From the NCBI RefSeq assembly GCF_009914755.1, contig NC_060926.1: 64,000 nt of DNA; one strand, written 5' to 3'. Position 1 is the first letter of the stretch, and each line of letters starts with the position of its first letter. This document shows, one piece after another, positions 59,573 through 64,000 of this stretch. The DNA comes from the human T2T-CHM13v2.0 reference genome, Homo sapiens. The translations under genes and the position numbers were made by a program. Under the pieces are notes generated by a model that saw only the letters and a list, made by a program, of their open reading frames with translations, had not been told where the DNA came from and searched no databases.

Positions 59573-60479
59573 TAAAATACATTAATACTAAGAATATAAT
59601 TTTATATGCTTATATATATGCATCCATAATTTAATTCTTTGAACTGGTAATATATTTGAGAACTGTGCTTGCCTGGTTTTTATTTTTCTATCATTTGTGT
59701 GCTGTGATTTTTAAAAAGTCTCAAATGCTTTGTGTAACTTAGATTTCCCACAGCTTTTAATAAAAAGTTATTTTTTTAAGGCAAAGATTTTTTTTTTAAT
59801 TGGACTTGGAAAAAGGCATATTTTAATTTTCATATTAGTATCTATACAGTGTATAGTGCATTTTGCTCTCTATAGCCCACTGTGCCCATCTAGACTTCAG
59901 GAAATATGGGGAGACACTGAAGTGTTCTCTGTTCTCAGTGAGCATACTAACTACTTTTGAATAGGAAGGACATCTCAAGTTTTCTTTCCATTTTCTTTAA
60001 TAGGAAATGGCTCCAGGTGGCAGAGGATTCTAAAATTATAAACAATGGAAGTGAACTAAGCTCCCAGAATAAAAGTAGACTTGGGCATCTGAAAATGGGA
60101 TGGCGTACTGTACTGGAAAGTATATTACTAGCGTCAGAAGTTGCATTTTAGCTCTGATTGTGTTACATTTTAGCCTTGTGATATATGTCGATGTAGATGT
60201 ATATTTGATTACCTCACAAGCTTCTCGAAGCTTTTGTTTAACCACACAGCTAAAGTGGTAGCACATGATGAATACTTAAGTATTATTTGTGTAGTATGGG
60301 ATTGGTATCTATCACACATTTGAAAAAAATAAACAAAAAACAAAGATGTGTTTTTCCAGAGCCTGAAAAATTCCAGATTTTCTCTGATAGGACTATGTGG
60401 CTCATGGAATGATTTAAGCTTCAGGTTAAACAAAGATAAACAGCTTTTTTCCACCCCGTAACATATATATATGCATGTA

Positions 60480-61124
<645 letters not shown>

Positions 61125-62366
61125 TTCGTATTTATTTCATCATGTATTTCTGATGTAATTAGTCTCTATTATTCTTTGCCCATGTTTCCATTATGGTTTT
61201 AGTATTTTTAATTTGCTTGTGTACTGACTTCTTGTCATAAATGGGAAAACTATTTTTTCAGGGTGTTTTGTTTTAAAGTCTTTAGGTATTTAGAAATTTA
61301 GATTATGTTGGCAATTTTATGTTCCTTTATTTGTTCAGTTGAGTTTCTACCTAAAATGTGCTTCTTCACCCAGATCAAATAGGCATTCACCAATATTTTT
61401 GGCATAGCATTTGTTACACTTTAATTTTTTAAAAAAACATGTAACTCTTTAATCCATCTGGGTGGTGGTATAACATGATATAGGAAAGGAAATTTAGTTT
61501 TAAATGCTTCCAGTACTAAGAAAAAATGAAAAATTAAAATAGAATATGTTCAATTCTATGGTGATAACTTTGAAATCTAAATGAAATGAAACTTTCTGCA
61601 ACACTGTAATAGTTCATCTAGTCTCAAGATATAGATAACCTGAATTTATCAATACAACTGAAAAGATTATAACAATTAGCCACAGAACAGCCTCAGAGCC
61701 AAATGTTTTAATAATGAACACTTCCAAAATTGAAAAACACGGATAGATTTTTTTTTTTCACATACATATTATTGGAAAATAGAAAATGGAAAACTTTGTA
61801 ATTGGGAAACTTGTAAATTTTTCAGTTTGTTTTATAACTCTAACATAATGATATCAAAACCTGGCAAATTTCACACACACAAAAATGCCAGAACAATCTC
61901 ACTTATGAGAAAAAGAAAACATAAATGAACAAATAGTAAAGAAAACATGAACAATTAATCTAGAAGTACAAAGATGATTTAATAGTGGGAAATATTAATG
62001 TAATACACCACTGAAGAAAGGTAAGGTGAGTGAACCAGTGGCCATTGTGGCTTCTTTTAAACAAAAAATGTTGGTATCTCATTGACAAATTTTGCTCAGT
62101 CTTTTTGTTTTAATTGTTACTCGTAAGCAGCATACACAAGAATTTCCATTTTAAACCCATTATGAGAGGCTTTTATCTTTTAACAAGGGACTTTAATCCA
62201 TTTATATGTTTTCATAACTAATATATTTGATCTTACCTTATGTTGCTTGGTATTTTTTTCTTCTTTCTTGATTTCCTACTGTTGTTTTACTGTCAGTATT
62301 GTGTTTGGTTTTTCTTCCCCAGTGACTTAGTAATGTGTACATTGCTTTTTAATTTTAATTAAAAAA

Positions 62367-62498
62367 ATTTTTTTGAGACAGGGTCTCACTCTGTTGCCCA
62401 GGCTGGAGTGCAGTGGTTAACCATGGCTCACTGCAGCCTCAGCCTTTCGGGTTCAAGCCATCTTCCCACTCAGCGTCCTGAGTAGCTGGGATTACATG
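62367..62498 (-). mobile_element. Alu right-arm fragment
   Basis: TTTTGAGACAGGGTCTCACTCTG...GCTGGGATTACA. Confidence 0.85.
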
Positions 62499-63314
62499 CT
62501 TTTTAATTTTTACAGTGGTTAAAGTTGTTCAAAAAACTAATTTATGTTTCCAGAATAGTAAAAGTCAACACTTACATCTGTATTTTCCCCTACTATAAAA
62601 GATAGAGCATATTGTATACTTCATTTCTCCCTCCTGCCTATATAGTTACCTGGATAATGGTGGATTCGGATCCTGATTATTTACATTATTTATATCTATA
62701 TCTTTTTAACTGCATTCAGTGGTTGTAACAGATTTCTTTATATGACGACTCTTCCATTTTTTAGCTTTTAATATTTATTTGAGGAGTGGGATGCTCAAGT
62801 GGATCTTTTATTCAAGAAGCTCTTTCAGGGAAAATATATGGAATCCTATTTTCTGAGCCCTTACACATTTAGTAATGTATTTGTGGGCCTTTGGATGTTT
62901 TTTAAAAATTGAGTATAAAATTCTTTACTTTCAGTTTTTTACCTAAAACTTTGAAGATTTGCTTCATTGTTTTCTGCCATCTAATGTTGCAAATAAATCC
63001 AAAGTCAACCTGTGTTGCATTTTTTTCCCAGCAGGCTGTTTGGTTTCTCTACTCGTATGGTTTTAGACATTTTACTTTATGTAATTGAGATTTAGCTAAG
63101 ATTTCTCAAGATACAGTTTTTTATTCATTGATTATTGCCTCACATATGATGGTCCCAAAGGTGAACTTTTTTTTAAATTCAAGAAAATTTTCTTCAGCTT
63201 TGCCTTTGTTTATTGTTTCTGTTTATTTTAGCCTTAGAAACAACTCTATTTTTTAGCTTTGAGCTCTTGTCTGTCCTGTAATTCAGGTGTCCTCATATGA
63301 GTCTGTGACCATAG

Positions 63315-63595
63315 AAACCAGGCCACACAGCAAGAGGTGAGCAGCAGGCAAGTGAGCATTACTGCCTGAGCTCCACCTCCTGTCAGATCAGTGGCGGCAT
63401 TATATTCTCATAGGAGCACAAACAGTATTTTGAACACCTATGTGAGGGATCTAGGTTGCATGCTCCATCTATAATGCCTGATGATCTGAGGTGAAACAGT
63501 TTCATCTCAAAACCATCCTCCCTGCCCCAAAACTCGAAAAATGGTCTTCCATGAAACTGGTCCCTGGCACCAAAGAGGTTGGGGACTGCTGCTCT
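63315..63595. mobile_element. MER1 (MER1B-like) hAT-Charlie element
   Basis: CTGAGCTCCACCTCCTGTCAGATCAG...AAACTGGTCCCTGGCACCAAAGAGGTTGGGGACTGCTG. Confidence 0.85.
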
Positions 63596-64000
63596 AATTT
63601 TATTATATTTCTAAAAGTTTTCATCTCTAACTTTTTACTGTACATTTTGGGACATCTAGAAATTTATATTGTATATCACTGAATTAAATTTGTTATAATA
63701 CTTTTACCCTTGTTTCTCCTAGTGTGATTTTAATTCTAAATTATTTTTCATCTTTTTATCTTGGTCTGTCCTCCAGCTTTCTGTTTCAAAGATAAGGAAC
63801 TTCTGTTTTACTGATGTCAAATAGTTTTCTAAAATTTTGTTCATGATTCCTATATTTAGGTGACTTTCTTTTTGAATCACCAGAATACTGCCCCCCAGGA
63901 GTGTTTGCCAAAAGATAATGTATGTAGATGGTCCACAGCCCCACATTTTTCTCATCTTGGGAGCTAATTGGGTCATCTTTGATCTGTAGCTGTGAAATGG

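Overview
Human (primate) genomic DNA, recognisable as the 5' part of PSMD14 (POH1/Rpn11, the JAMM deubiquitinase of the 19S proteasome lid) on the + strand. It has a CpG-island promoter and non-coding exon 1 (~8720-8898), a non-coding exon 2 (16729-16861) and the first coding exon (19114-19165, MDRLLRLGGGMPGLGQ). After that comes a long intron whose downstream exon I do not see in the window. The stand-out feature is a full-length, apparently young, antisense processed copy of MXRA7 inside that intron (39788-41674). It has a 16-bp target-site duplication, a poly(A) tail, an intact 170-aa ORF and an un-eroded CpG island, and it sits inside an old L1. The rest is mostly interspersed repeats: about 25 Alus, old L1 fragments, LTRs, and MER2/MER3/MER20/MER53/MADE1/MER1 DNA elements. 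There are also a few unique stretches with small structural oddities. Nearly all ORFs in the supplied track are Alu/L1 or chance ORFs. Gene and repeat-family names come from recall of the sequences, not from a database search. I found no convincing evidence of a wholly new multi-gene system.
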